NCBI GenBank assembly: GCA_044464585.1
Contig: JBIQLF010000004.1
Coordinates: forward strand, 7,487 to 71,486
Source of the DNA: Thermomicrobia bacterium
GTDB lineage: Bacteria > Chloroflexota > Chloroflexia > Thermomicrobiales > UBA6265
Direction: 5' to 3'
DNA: 64,000 nucleotides
A model generated the notes under the pieces. It searched no databases. It saw only the letters and a program-made list of their open reading frames with translations, and was not told where the DNA came from. Position 1 is the first letter of the stretch. Each line of letters starts with the position of its first letter. Shown piece after piece: positions 27,591 to 35,790 of this stretch. Position numbers and translations under genes: made by a program.

Positions 27591-28621
27591 CACCATCCGC
27601 ACCAATTCGAATCGGTGTCTTCGGAGCCGGCCGTATCGGACACCGGCATGCGCGCACGGTCGCGAACGAGATCATCGGCGCCCGGCTGGCCGCTATCTGC
27701 GATGTGAATCTCGAAGCGGCCAGGGGGCTCGCCGAAATGACCGGGTGCGAACAGTACACCGCCGATCCGGCCGATATTCTGGACGATCCGTCGGTCGATG
27801 CGGTCATCATCGGTACATCGACCGATTCGCATGCGCCGCTCATCGAAGCGTCCGCGGCCGCGGGCAAGCAGATCTTCTGTGAAAAGCCGATCGCGCTCGA
27901 TCTGGAAACCACCGATCGCGCCATCGAGGCGGCCGAACGCGCCGGTGTGCAACTGCAAATCGGTTTCCAGCGCCGCTTCGACAAAGCCTATGCGCGTGCC
28001 TCCCAGATGATCGCCAATGGCGACCTCGGACAGATCGAAGCCATCCGGGACACGATGCGCGATCCCAATCCGCCGCATGAGTCGTATATCCCGACCAGCG
28101 GCGGGATGTTCCGCGATATGGTCATCCACGATTTCGATTGCGTCCGCTGGCTGATGGGAAGCGAACCGGTCGAAATCTTCGCCATGGGATCCAATCTGGT
28201 CGATCCGGTTTTCGGCAAGTACGGCGATATCGATACCTGCGCGGTGACGGTGAAATTCGGATCCGGCGCCCTGGCCGCCATCGATGCGAGCCGCCGGTCG
28301 GGATTCGGCTACGACGTTCGCACCGAGATCTTCGGTTCGAAAAGCGCCGTCATGATCGGGGAGGGACGCGACACGCCCCTCTATAAACTGGACAGCACCG
28401 GCGTTTGCAATGACCATATCTATTGGTTCCTGGAACGGTTCGACGCGGCCTATGTGGCGGAAATCCGCGCGTTCGTCGATTCCATTCGCGAAGACGAACC
28501 CGTTCCGGTCACCGGCGCCGATGGCCGTGCCGCGCTTGCCATGGCCTACGCCGCCGAAGCATCGGTGGCGGAAAACGCCCCGGTGTCGATGAGCCGCTTC
28601 GACCGATCAGGAGGCGAATGA
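27587..28621 (+). CDS. iolG: Inositol 2-dehydrogenase-like Gfo/Idh/MocA oxidoreductase
   Basis: Rossmann IRIGVFGAGRIGHRH and the CEKPIAL motif. ATGA overlap with the transketolase C subunit. Context with iolB and iolD. Confidence 0.75.
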   Translation: MTPSAPIRIGVFGAGRIGHRHARTVANEIIGARLAAICDVNLEAARGLAEMTGCEQYTADPADILDDPSVDAVIIGTSTDSHAPLIEASAAAGKQIFCEKPIALDLETTDRAIEAAERAGVQLQIGFQRRFDKAYARASQMIANGDLGQIEAIRDTMRDPNPPHESYIPTSGGMFRDMVIHDFDCVRWLMGSEPVEIFAMGSNLVDPVFGKYGDIDTCAVTVKFGSGALAAIDASRRSGFGYDVRTEIFGSKSAVMIGEGRDTPLYKLDSTGVCNDHIYWFLERFDAAYVAEIRAFVDSIREDEPVPVTGADGRAALAMAYAAEASVAENAPVSMSRFDRSGGE

Positions 28622-29514
28622 TGAATCCGCGCGAGTTGCTCCTTCATTCCGCGACCGATCCCGGCGACGGCATGCTGATCCACGTCGATGCCGCCCTGGC
28701 AGACTGGGAGTTCATCGGGCTGACTGTCCATCGCTTGAAAGCCGGAGCGCCGCTCGCCGTGGAAAGCGATGGCAACGAATATGCGATCGTACTGTTGAGC
28801 GGCGCATGCACCGTCGTCTCGGATGGCCAGCGCATCGATCTCGGTCCACGGGGAAATATCTTCGACGATCCGCCATGGGCGTATTATCTGCCCGTTGGAT
28901 CGACCTCTTCGATCGAAGCGGACGGGACCGCCGAGATCGCCATCTGCCGCTCCAAAGCGACCGAGGCCCACGAACCGAAGCTGATCGAACCGAGCGATGT
29001 CGCCATCGAAATCCGCGGCGCGGGCAATGCGACTCGTGAGATCCGGCACATCATCAAGCCGGAATTTCCGGCGGACAAGCTGCTCGTGGTCGAAGTCATC
29101 ACGCCCAGCGGCAACTGGTCGAGCTATCCACCGCATAAACACGATATTCACGACATGCCGCGCGAAGCCGACCTGGAAGAAATCTATTACTACCGGATCG
29201 ATGCGCCCGATGGATTCGGACTGCAACGGCTGTACACGGGTGATGGCGCGATCGATGAGGCGTATGTGATCCGGGATGGCGACCTGCTGCTGGTTCCATT
29301 CGGATACCACGCGTTCGCCATGGCGCAGGGATACACGGGCTACTATCTGAATGTCCTTGCCGGAGATGAGCCAGTGCGCACCATGCAACCGTCCGACGAT
29401 CCCAAGCATGCGTGGGTGCGCGCAACCTGGACCGATGCGATGAACGAAGGGCTCGAATCCTGGAAGGATATCGAAATGAAGATCAACGGCGAGGCTGGCC
29501 AGCGTTCGAACTAG
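28618..29514 (+). CDS. iolB: 5-deoxy-glucuronate isomerase
   Basis: Cupin-type IolB pattern (GNWSSYPPHKHD...EEIYYY). Start overlaps the iolG stop. Confidence 0.85.
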   Translation: MMNPRELLLHSATDPGDGMLIHVDAALADWEFIGLTVHRLKAGAPLAVESDGNEYAIVLLSGACTVVSDGQRIDLGPRGNIFDDPPWAYYLPVGSTSSIEADGTAEIAICRSKATEAHEPKLIEPSDVAIEIRGAGNATREIRHIIKPEFPADKLLVVEVITPSGNWSSYPPHKHDIHDMPREADLEEIYYYRIDAPDGFGLQRLYTGDGAIDEAYVIRDGDLLLVPFGYHAFAMAQGYTGYYLNVLAGDEPVRTMQPSDDPKHAWVRATWTDAMNEGLESWKDIEMKINGEAGQRSN

Positions 29515-29550
29515 CGCCAGCGCCATGCCCCCAGGTATTCGGAGGGATCG

Positions 29551-31422
29551 ATGAAGACCGTTCGACTGACAACTGCACAGGCGCTGGTTCGGTTCCTTTC
29601 CAGTCAGTACATCGAGCGAGACGGCGACGAGCAACGGATGTTCGCCGGTATGTTCGGTATCTTCGGGCATGGCAATGTCTCCGGACTGGGACAGGCGCTG
29701 GAAGAGTTCAGCGACGAGCTCACCTACTACCGCCCGCAGAACGAGCAAGCGCAAGTTCACACGGCGATCGCCTACGCACGCATGAAGAACCGCTTGCAGA
29801 TGATGGCCTGCACCTCCTCGGTTGGGCCGGGCGCGCTCAATATGGTCACCGGCGCCGCGACGGCAACGGTGAATCGACTGCCGGTGCTCTTGCTTCCGGG
29901 CGATACCTTTGCCAACCGCATCCCCCATCCCGTCCTCCAACAACTCGAATATCCGCTCGGACAAGATGTATCGGTCAACGATTGCTTTCGGCCTGTCTCC
30001 CGCTATTTCGATCGGATCAGCCGTCCGGAGCAGCTGCTTTCGAGCGCGCCGGAAGCGATGCGCGTCCTCGCAGATCCAGCCGAGACCGGGGCGGTGACCC
30101 TGGCGCTTCCCGAGGACACCCAGACCGAGGTGCTGGATGTTCCCGAGAATTTTCTCGAACGGCGCGTGCATCGAGTCGTTCGCCAGATCGCGCCGGAATC
30201 AGAGTTGCGCTATGCGGCGGCACTCATCGGCTCGGCCGAGAAACCACTGATCGTGGCCGGAGGCGGTGTGATCTATTCCGACGCCAGCGATTCGCTCGGC
30301 CGGTTTGCCGACGAATTCGGCATCCCCGTGGCGACCACGCAGGCCGGCAATGGCGCGCTTCCGTGGAATCATCCCTGGTACGCCGGACCGGTCGGTTCGA
30401 ATGGCGGGCTGGCCGCGAATCATCTGGCCGCGCACGCCGATGTCGTCATTGCCATCGGAACCCGTCTCTCCGATTTCACCACCGCATCGCGAACGGCATT
30501 CCAGAATCCGGATCTGCGCATCGTCAGCATCAATGTGAACGCGATGGACGCGCACAAGGCCGGATCGTTTCCGCTGCTGGCCGACGCCTGGGAAGCGCTG
30601 CTCGGTCTGACGCCGATGCTGCACGCACAGAATTACCGTACCGATGCCGCGTATGGCGACCTCGTCGAAACACTCACCGGCCAATGGCATGCGGCTGTCG
30701 ATGAGCAACGTGCCGGTGTGCCGGGTGTGGCGCTGACCCAGGCGCAGGCGATCGGCATCGTCAATCGGGCCGCGGAACCGGCTGATGTCGTCGTGTGCGC
30801 GGCCGGTGGCATGCCGGGGGATCTGCTCAAGCTCTGGCGTCCGCTGGAACCGCGGACATACCACGTCGAATACGGGTTTTCCTGTATGGGCTACGAAATC
30901 GCCGGAGGACTCGGGGTCAAGATGGCCGATCCCGATCGGGAAGTATTCATCATGGTCGGTGACGGCAGCTATCTGATGATGAATACCGAGCTGGTCACCT
31001 CGATCGCCGAGGGCAGAAAGATCAACCTGGTCGTCGTCGACAATTCGGGATTCCAGTGCATCCGCGGGTTGCAGATGTCGTGCGGGTCCCCGTCATTCGG
31101 AAACGAGCTGCGTTACCGCAACAGGGAAACCAACCGCCTGGACGGCGACCTCGTACCAATCGACTTCGCAATGAACGGCGCGAGTATGGGAGCCGTCGCG
31201 TTTGCGGCCTCCACCCCGGATGGCCTGGCGACCGTGCTGGAGCAGGCACGCAAGGAAACGCGCAGCACAGTCATCCACGTTCATGTGGACAAGGATATTC
31301 GGGTTCCCGGCTACGACAGCTGGTGGGATGTGCCGATCGCCGAAGTCTCCGATCGAGCGAGCGTGCAGGACGCGCTGGAGGCATATGACGAGGCCAAGGA
31401 GAAGCAGCGATTCCTCTATTGA
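29551..31422 (+). CDS. iolD: 3D-(3,5/4)-trihydroxycyclohexane-1,2-dione acylhydrolase (TPP enzyme)
   Basis: N-terminus VRLTTAQALVRFLSSQYIERDG...IFGHGNVSGLGQALE closely resembles IolD. 623-aa TPP-enzyme architecture. Confidence 0.9.
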   Translation: MKTVRLTTAQALVRFLSSQYIERDGDEQRMFAGMFGIFGHGNVSGLGQALEEFSDELTYYRPQNEQAQVHTAIAYARMKNRLQMMACTSSVGPGALNMVTGAATATVNRLPVLLLPGDTFANRIPHPVLQQLEYPLGQDVSVNDCFRPVSRYFDRISRPEQLLSSAPEAMRVLADPAETGAVTLALPEDTQTEVLDVPENFLERRVHRVVRQIAPESELRYAAALIGSAEKPLIVAGGGVIYSDASDSLGRFADEFGIPVATTQAGNGALPWNHPWYAGPVGSNGGLAANHLAAHADVVIAIGTRLSDFTTASRTAFQNPDLRIVSINVNAMDAHKAGSFPLLADAWEALLGLTPMLHAQNYRTDAAYGDLVETLTGQWHAAVDEQRAGVPGVALTQAQAIGIVNRAAEPADVVVCAAGGMPGDLLKLWRPLEPRTYHVEYGFSCMGYEIAGGLGVKMADPDREVFIMVGDGSYLMMNTELVTSIAEGRKINLVVVDNSGFQCIRGLQMSCGSPSFGNELRYRNRETNRLDGDLVPIDFAMNGASMGAVAFAASTPDGLATVLEQARKETRSTVIHVHVDKDIRVPGYDSWWDVPIAEVSDRASVQDALEAYDEAKEKQRFLY

Positions 31423-31451
31423 TCGGTGGATATTATGTCACATTTACCGCC

Positions 31452-31481
31452 TTGACATGGGTACGGGACCCGGACTACAAT
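31452..31481 (+). promoter_or_regulatory. Promoter of tRNA-Asp
   Basis: TTGACA (31452-31457), an 18-nt spacer, then TACAAT (31476-31481), 13 nt before the tRNA. Confidence 0.6.
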
Positions 31482-31494
31482 GCGGGTCGCTCTT

Positions 31495-31568
31495 GGAGGC
31501 GTGGTGTAGTGGCCTAACATGCAGCCCTGTCAAGGCTGAGATCGCGGGTTCGAATCCCGTCGCTTCCG
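31495..31568 (+). tRNA. tRNA-Asp (anticodon GTC)
   Basis: Hand-folded. Acceptor GGAGGCG pairs with CGCTTCC. Anticodon stem CAGCC/GGCTG with loop CTGTCAA. T-arm GCGGG-TTCGAAT-CCCGT. Confidence 0.9.
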
Positions 31569-31569
31569 C
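31551..31569 (+). repeat. attL-type direct repeat (inside tRNA-Asp)
   Basis: CGAATCCCGTCGCTTCCGC, identical to 35648-35666. Confidence 0.9.
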
Positions 31570-31571
31570 CC

Positions 31572-33018
31572 TTACATGATCGGTTGACACCGATGAACCG
31601 AAAGAACGGTTCGAGTTCAGGTCGTGGCTTGTGTGCCACGACCTGTTTCTTTTCTATCAGGACCGACGCGAACAGGACCCGGGCGATCTTGTTCTTTTCT
31701 TCCGGCGCCGCGTCTTTCCATACCTTCGATACGTGGGCAAGGTACGACGCCAGCCGAGCCCCGACGTCGCTGTCTGGTATCCCGACCGAGGGCAGGAATG
31801 CGAGTTCGGCGGTCTGGGCATCCTTCCGGGGCCGGTATTCATCCACCGTCAGGACGCCTTCAAGGATTAGCATCTTCAGGCGGTCAAGCGTGTTCTGAAC
31901 GCGCTGCCGCGTCGTTTCGGTGTCGATGTCCCGACGCCGGTTCTGTCGCCATGCCGCGACAATCCGTTCCCGTTGGTCTACCGGAACGGCGAACGTCGAC
32001 AGGACTGCCAATAGCTGGTCGTCTATCAGCGATCGATAGAACGACGGTTCTTGGCAGCCGTTGTCCTGTGTCCGAACCTGACAGCGGGTCTGGTGCTTCC
32101 CATCAGCCGTGACCGCCCTCCCACAGGTCCCACAGGCGGCTATTTTCGATAGCGACCATGGAGACCGTTTGCCCGCAACACGACGCGGTCGGTGGGTATT
32201 CCGAAGACGTGCGTTTTATGCCAATTCGAACAGGGCCGGATCGATCAATACACCATGCTGACCCGGAGTCCATCCGCCCCTGACTGTCAGGAAGGTCCCC
32301 GACGTAGAAGCGGTTTTGAAGCACCACCCGGACAGAATCCTTTTGGAAGGGGTTAGAACCACGGTTGATAGTCGTGCGGAAGCCCGCCTGATTCAACGCC
32401 TGTGCAATCTCCCGGTCTGTCTTCCCGGCGCGTGCGAGTTCAGACGCATAGATCAGCCCGTTCCCCGTCACGATTTCGGTGTGCGTTGCGAAGTCACAGT
32501 ATCGCGGCTCTGTGTCGAGAACCGGAATGTCCGTCGATTTCTTCACAGCGCCGAAGGGAAGTAGACCGTTGTAGATGCCCTGTGCCTTGCGTTCCTGCTT
32601 GCCCTTCTACGTGTGCATCGGAATCATGTCGGAGAACTGGACAGCCAACGCACCGTAAATGTTGAACATGAACACGTCATTAGGGTCATCCCCGCGAAGC
32701 CCTTCCCTGATCGCGTGAAGACGGACACCGTACGTATCCATCTTGTCGAGTGCGATTGACGCTGTCAGTCCATCTTGGGAACACCGGTCATATGAGTGAA
32801 CCGCGACATCGTCTAGCATCCGGGAAAACCCGGACGTTTCGTGATTGCATCGCGATAGGGGCTCTTGCCTTCGTCCCGGTACGTTTCAACGGCACCGTGC
32901 CCCGGTGCAGTGCAAAAGACTTCTAGCTCACGTTCCTGTCTGCAAGACTCAGCCCCTTCACGTGCTCTTCAGAACTCACCCTGATATACAATGCCGCCCG
33001 TTTCCCGTTATTGGTCAT
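31572..33018 (-). pseudogene. Large serine recombinase, disrupted by stops and frameshifts
   Basis: ATG at 33018 gives MTNNGKRAALYIRVSSEEH (catalytic-Ser motif), followed by an in-frame TAG at 32923-32925. Homology then continues across three reading frames: ETYRDEGKS...RPGF; then DRCSQDG...GALAVQF (TAG at 32607-32609) and, in the same frame, the recombinase-domain REIAQALNQAGFRT; then the Zn-ribbon ACGTCG...C and a coiled coil. Confidence 0.8.
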
Positions 33019-33386
33019 TTGCCCTGCTCCTTCCCTGAAACCTGCCATTCTCCGCTGTCGTCTCTGAACCACGGTCCCGGTCCGACAATGACACATCCCG
33101 GCAACCCTGCCTGTTCGGGATCGTTTTGTTCCTCATGCTGTTGGTCGACCGTCATCTGGCTCATCCACAGCATCGGTTCGTCCCCGGTGATAAGCCATTC
33201 GAACCGGACGTGTAAAGCATCCGCCAGCTTCCGGGCCGTGTCCAATCGCGGTTCGTAATAGGCATTTTCCGCCCGTCGAATCGTCGCGACTCCGATGCCT
33301 GCTATCTTCGCGAGACCGTCCTGTGTCAGCTTCCAGCGGTCCCGCACGAACCGGAGTCGGGACCCGAATCCCTTGTCTGCCGCCAT
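33015..33386 (-). CDS. XRE-family helix-turn-helix transcriptional regulator
   Basis: HTH pattern LRFVRDRWKLTQDGLAKIAGIGVATIRRAENA. Its stop overlaps the recombinase ATG (ATGA). ATG at 33386 or GTG at 33410. Confidence 0.8.
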   Translation of the reverse strand: MAADKGFGSRLRFVRDRWKLTQDGLAKIAGIGVATIRRAENAYYEPRLDTARKLADALHVRFEWLITGDEPMLWMSQMTVDQQHEEQNDPEQAGLPGCVIVGPGPWFRDDSGEWQVSGKEQGK

Positions 33387-33592
33387 CACGCCCCCTATCT
33401 CCGTAACCACAGCATATCACTTATGATATTCGTATGGTTGTGTTCTCACCGGTTAGAAACTCGTTTTCCGCTCTCGGAAGAGTCCGTGAAACCAAGGAAA
33501 ACGGCGAATCCCGGTTGTTTGACGTTTTCGGGTTTCCGCGTCAGGAGGACAAAATTGACGCCGGTGATTACAGCATCGAGGGGAGTGGATCG

Positions 33593-34609
33593 ATGAAGAC
33601 ACCGCCAATGAACTTGGAGCCCGGTACAATCTCTGCCGCTCTTTCGACGCATTGGAACCTGGACGCGGTGACCCTGGCGTACGCGCCGCTCGGTTTCGGA
33701 AGTCATCACTGGATCGCCGAAACGACCGATGGGAAGACGTGGTTCGTCACTGTGGACAACCTCCTTTCGGCGTATCTCGAAGAAGACGAGGAGAGGTCTT
33801 TCGAGGTTCTGGCCACTGCGTTCCAGACGGCGGCGGCACTACGTGATGTTTCGAAGCTGGCGTTCGTGATCGCACCCATCGCGAACCGCAGCGGCAGGTG
33901 GCTTCACCGCCTTGACGAACGGTACTCGATGGCGGTCTTTCCCTTTATTGATGTGGAGCCGACCGAGTTTGATGCGTTTCCGCAGAAATCTGACAGGAAC
34001 GACGCCATGCGTCTGGTGGGCGAAATCCATAATGCAACGACTCAGCTCTCGGTCGAACTACTACGCGAGGAGACGTTTCTCATCCCGAAGCAGACTGAAT
34101 TCCTTCAGGCCCTGAGCGCTTTGGATACTCCTTGGAACACGGGACCGTATTCCGAACCTGCTCGTCGCCTGCTTCGTGATCACGCAAGTACGCTGCATCA
34201 GCGATTCGGTCAATTCGACCGTTTGGCTTCTGAAGTCATGGCGGACAGGTCGGACTGGGTCGTCTCACATGGGGAGCCGCACGCGGGAAACATCATCCGG
34301 ACCCGATCCGGGAGCATGGTTGTTGTCGACTGGGCCAACGTGGCATACGCGCCACGGGAGCGCGATCTCTGGATGCTGCTGGATGAGGAGAACCCGACCT
34401 GGTCCGCGTACACGGCTGTGACCAACATCACGTCGCTTTCGAATCGTACCCTGGCTGCGTATCGACTCTATTGGAATCTGTCGGATATTGCCGTCTTCGT
34501 ATCGTGGTTCCGCTCTCCACACGACCGGACGGAGGAGACGGAGATGGTTTGGGCAGAGCTGCAAGCGTATGTGATGGGTGTCGCCTTCAGCCTGTGCAGC
34601 ACAGCGTGA
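33593..34609 (+). CDS. APH/choline-kinase-family phosphotransferase (kinase-like fold)
   Basis: Catalytic-loop-like VVSHGEPHAGNII followed by VVVDWANVAYAPRERDLWML. ATG at 33593 is preceded by GAGGGGA. The track ORF starts at 33434. Confidence 0.7.
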   Translation: MKTPPMNLEPGTISAALSTHWNLDAVTLAYAPLGFGSHHWIAETTDGKTWFVTVDNLLSAYLEEDEERSFEVLATAFQTAAALRDVSKLAFVIAPIANRSGRWLHRLDERYSMAVFPFIDVEPTEFDAFPQKSDRNDAMRLVGEIHNATTQLSVELLREETFLIPKQTEFLQALSALDTPWNTGPYSEPARRLLRDHASTLHQRFGQFDRLASEVMADRSDWVVSHGEPHAGNIIRTRSGSMVVVDWANVAYAPRERDLWMLLDEENPTWSAYTAVTNITSLSNRTLAAYRLYWNLSDIAVFVSWFRSPHDRTEETEMVWAELQAYVMGVAFSLCSTA

Positions 34610-34619
34610 AGATTACCCG

Positions 34620-35353
34620 GAGACGCAAGCATGGCGACCATGATTGCCTTCAGGTGTCCGAGTCCATAAGGAATCGGGGTATCGCCGGTTCGCCATGAGA
34701 ACTTCGACCGCCCTTTCGCGGGCTTCCCGACCCTGTGTCGCCACCGTTTCGCAACGACCCATCCGTGTTCGTCGACGTAGGGAAAGACAACCGACGGGGG
34801 CTAGTCGGGGTTGCCGTTACTGTCTTCCAGTCCCTGTTCGTGTAGGAACGCTTCTGGAAATTGTCGAAGACGGGACAGCATCCGGATCGTGACACCATCG
34901 CCAGGACGGGAGCAGAGGTCTCGCATATCGAACCCAATGCGGGTCAAGATTTCTTTTGTCTCGCATCCGGCATGACATTTCAGGAGGGCGTTCGCTTCAG
35001 GCGTGAACTTCCCACTGAAACTCCGGACATTATCCGTGTGATTCGAGCACCGGGCGGTAAATCTGAGCGGGTCGGGGTATCCGGCCGGTCGGGTCGCGGG
35101 GTAATGAGTGTCGTCATAGCGTGCAATCCCTTTCGAAGACAGAAGCGCCGTCCGGGTCCGTGGTGCGGGTATCGGAGTGGGCCCGGGGATTCAGCGGGAT
35201 AGTCGGGAACCCGGGCTTCATGCCTGGACTCGCGAAACAGGCGAATTCTTCGGGCTTTTCGTCGTCTTTCAGTAATCGCGAGGCGGTCCGTTCGCCGCCC
35301 ACATCAATCGTCGGGATGCACGCGGGCGGGCATAAAGAGATCCCGCGATTCAT
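34620..35353 (-). pseudogene. Remnant of a phage/plasmid-type DNA primase (zinc-finger N-terminus)
   Basis: My own translation gives RFTARCSNHTDNVRSFSGKFTPEANALLKCHAGCETKEILTRIGFDMRDL. An in-frame TAG lies at 34801-34803, followed by VVFPYVDEHGWVVAKRWR...KFSWRTGDTPIPYGLGHLK. There is no usable start codon, and the remnant is truncated where the kinase gene ends. Confidence 0.5.
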
Positions 35354-35392
35354 ACGAGTCGCGGGGTCGGGAAGGGGGAAGGTTGGACGTGT

Positions 35393-35602
35393 TCAGTCGG
35401 CTGCCGACCGGACGAGGTCTTCTGACCGAAGCACGTTCCTTATCGTTTCGTGCGAGATGTCGAAGGTCGCGGCAAGGTCGCGAAGGGATCGGCTTCTTGA
35501 CAGGTGCCGGATTCCATTTCGCTGGTCTTCTGTCAACTTCCGGGGCTTGCGTTTTGCGGTAGGCTGGTCGATATAGTCGCCAGGGGCCGGGTCGACGGGC
35601 AA
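35393..35602 (-). CDS. Small helix-turn-helix protein (excisionase/regulator-like)
   Basis: 69 aa. SLRDLAATFDISHETIRNVL is a typical HTH. It sits just inside the attR repeat. Confidence 0.5.
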   Translation of the reverse strand: MPVDPAPGDYIDQPTAKRKPRKLTEDQRNGIRHLSRSRSLRDLAATFDISHETIRNVLRSEDLVRSAAD

Positions 35603-35647
35603 GGTCGGGAGATAGCCAAGCGTCGCTGCGTAATGCTATCGACGTAC

Positions 35648-35666
35648 CGAATCCCGTCGCTTCCGC
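35648..35666 (+). repeat. attR-type direct repeat (duplicated tRNA-Asp 3' end)
   Basis: CGAATCCCGTCGCTTCCGC, identical to 31551-31569. Confidence 0.9.
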
Positions 35667-35673
35667 TGAGAAA

Positions 35674-35705
35674 CCCGGCGCTAAAGAGCGTCGGGTTTTG
35701 CTTTT
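35674..35705 (+). terminator. Rho-independent terminator immediately after attR (displaced tRNA-Asp terminator)
   Basis: Stem CCCGGCGC / GCGTCGGG (one G-U pair), loop TAAAGA, then TTTTGCTTTT. Confidence 0.65.
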
Positions 35706-35790
35706 CCCGCGACCCGCACTCTACGCGTTCCGCCCGGCCACAGATCAGCCAGCGGACCGACCCTCTTGTGCTGGCATTCGGCCCTGGAGT

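Larger units (their letters stand above)
31551..35666. mobile_element. Decayed integrative element inserted at the 3' end of tRNA-Asp
   Basis: A perfect 19-bp direct repeat CGAATCCCGTCGCTTCCGC occurs at 31551-31569 (the tRNA 3' end) and at 35648-35666. The interior carries a recombinase pseudogene, an XRE regulator, a primase remnant and an HTH protein, and has visibly lower GC in places. Confidence 0.8.

Noticed and set aside
28546-30171. 541-aa minus-strand ORF over iolB/iolD, with similar shadows at 26511-27605 and 27359-28417
   Set aside because: The opposite strand encodes proteins with specific IolB/IolD/IolG/transketolase motifs. These ORFs have none.
31551-35666. Intact prophage or active ICE
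   Set aside because: The element is only 4.1 kb and has no structural, packaging or conjugation genes. Its recombinase and primase are pseudogenes, so it is a fossil rather than an active element.
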